A DNA stretch of 63,045 nt, the filler included, from Reclinomonas americana ATCC 50394 (Eukaryota), in NCBI GenBank assembly GCA_048213135.1. It is 17 parts of 17 records of this genome, joined end to end, with 100 filler letters (N's around TTAATTAATTAA, not from the genome) between each part and the next. Parts side by side here need not be neighbours in the genome. Positions count along the whole stretch, not along the records: positions 60,746 to 63,045 come from AFZH01022526.1; 16 more parts are not named here. One strand, written 5' to 3'. Shown here piece by piece: positions 61,322-63,045 of the stretch. The stretch's first letter is position 1. Each line of letters opens with the position of its first letter. The position numbers and the translations under genes are program-made. The notes below the pieces were generated by a model. It was not told the origin of the DNA, did not search any database, and saw only the letters and a program-made list of their open reading frames with translations.

Positions 61322-62857
61322 ATGGACGAGAAAGCAGTGTCGTTTTCGACTCCGGGCGACGCGCCTCTTCGCGCGCGCGGACACGCGAGCAGCAGCAGCA
61401 ACGGCGCCTCCTCTGCCGCACTGCTGGGCGATGCAGGCGACGATGCAGCAGCAGCAGCAGCTCCCTCCACCACTGTCGAATATGAGTGCCCAGTGGGCGA
61501 TGCAGCGCGCAGAGTTACTCCCCAAGCGTGTGAGTCATCGTCCAAATGAGTGTGTGCTCACTCGCTCCGTACAGGTTCCGTTGATTGATGACGATCGCGT
61601 GGCGCTGTTGACTCGATTTGGATCCAGCTTTGCGGTGCTGCGTCTTGCCGCCGTTCATCACAAAGCGAAGGACGCCGACGACGATGACGATGCGTGTTTG
61701 GTGATGATTCACGTGTCGCCGGCATTTGCGAGGAACACCGGCTATCATGCGTCGGAGCTGCTCGGGAAGCCGGTGGCGTTCCTCGGGCATCAGAGGTCAG
61801 TGATTGGTCTGACCATTCGCACGCCGGAGTCGGAGTTCCATTACGGGCGATGTTTACATAACGATGTGCATTGTGTAGTGAGCACTGTGAGGGCGATGTG
61901 CGGAATGAGATCAATGCGCAGGCGCGACGGGATATGATGCGCAATGTGCACTCGGGCGATGAGTTCTCGGTGCGATTTCTGCATTTCCATCGGAATGGCA
62001 CCGAGTTCTGGAACCTCCTGCACTTCTTCCCGCTGGAGGGCATCGAGAGCGGCCATGTGCAGGATAGTCTGCAGCATGTGTTGCCGAAGTATTTCATGGC
62101 CGTGCAGTGTGGTGAGTATAGGAGAGACAAGGAGGAGTCGTTCGGAGCGCTGATCGTGTGCGGATAGATGTGACGCGCATGGAGGACTCGTCGGAGGACC
62201 ACTCGGAGGTGGAGCCTCGGCATGCCATGGCCGCATCTGCGGTGCCTCTGCTCTCCAAAGCCGACGAGTTGCGTCCCTCGCAAGGGAGCGAGAGATGGGA
62301 GCAGGGAGAGAGACATATTTGTGTGTGTCTACGGAGTCTCACTGGGCTGGACATCTGAATCTCGGGCACAGTGACGAGGAGGATCGGAACACGCGCGGCA
62401 TCTCCTTCCGCCACAACACCGTCAGTCTCGACTTTTACAACCTGTCGTACCACGTCGAAAGCAGTGGAGTGGGATCGTCGCAGAACGTGCGTCGCCAGAT
62501 TCTCGACAACATTGAGGGTTTTGCCCGTCCCGGCCAGTTGTTGGCTGTTGCGTTCATGACGGACGGGCTTGTCGGGGGGAGTGCTCCGCGCGTCTCCGAT
62601 CGCCGATGCTCATTCATGACGCGTTTTGTGTAGCTCATGGGTCCGTCGGGAAGCGGCAAGACGGTACGCACGTGCGAGGAGGAGGAGAGCGAGGGAGTGA
62701 GAATCGGCGATGCTAAATGACTTGTCGCCTCCCCGTGCAGACTCTTCTCTCCATTCTCGGCAGTCGCATCTCGCACAATGTCACCGGCACCATTCTCTTC
62801 AACGATGGGCCGCCCACCAAGCAGACCAAGCGCACAACCGGCTACGTGCTGCAAGAA
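61322..62857 (+). CDS. PAS (LOV-like) domain fused to an ABCG transporter nucleotide-binding domain; continues past the window end
   Basis: PAS: VSPAFARNTGYHASELLGKPVAFL...FHRNGTEFWNLLHFFPL...YFMAVQC|DVT. ABCG: LDFYNLSYHV...RQILDNIEGFARPGQLLA|LMGPSGSGKT|TLLSILG...TKRTTGYVLQE. Confidence 0.85.
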
Positions 62858-63045
62858 GTTGCGTGAAGCATCACATCACAAGTTTCTACTTCTCATTCGC
62901 CCTGTTCCTCTCTCTTCCTCGTTTCTTCTTCCGCCTGTTCCTCCCGCATGCTTCTTCTCCCTCTCCTTCCCCTTCCCCTTCTCCTTCTCCTTCTTCTTCC
63001 CTTCCCTTCCCCTTCCCCTTCTCCTTCTCCTTCTCCTTCTCCTTC

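Overview
Eukaryotic nuclear DNA from a gene-dense, intron-rich, microsatellite-rich protist. IFT80 and PPP2R3C-like genes suggest it is flagellated, and SDHAF1 suggests aerobic mitochondria. The window is a scaffold of 17 contigs joined by 16 artificial 100-nt N-TTAATTAATTAA-N linkers, and several genes continue across them. Manual exon reconstruction gives: RUVBL1 (first exon), SDHAF1, a cluster of about 11 small Cys-free hydrophilic ORFs, IFT80, a conserved hypothetical protein, a YbaK-family deacylase, DDX1, a PEX7-like WD40 protein, a bacterial-type Pol I with a mitochondrial-type presequence, an archaeal-like SBDS, a PPP2R3C-like gene, a PLP aminotransferase, a multi-TM RGS protein, RRN3, an RmlD-like SDR, an RNA ligase-like/polynucleotide kinase gene, an intronless WD40 gene, a GT77-like glycosyltransferase, an MFS transporter and a PAS(LOV-like)-ABCG fusion. 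Best candidates for something undescribed: (1) the putative RNA ligase-kinase fusion with a mitochondrial-type presequence, (2) the LOV-like PAS domain spliced onto an ABCG transporter, (3) the tandem hydrophilin-like gene cluster. Also present: an AT-AC U12 intron, a recurrent register-shifted GTTKCG splice donor, microexons and a two-copy MITE-like element. All homology calls come from recognising motifs by eye; no searches were run.
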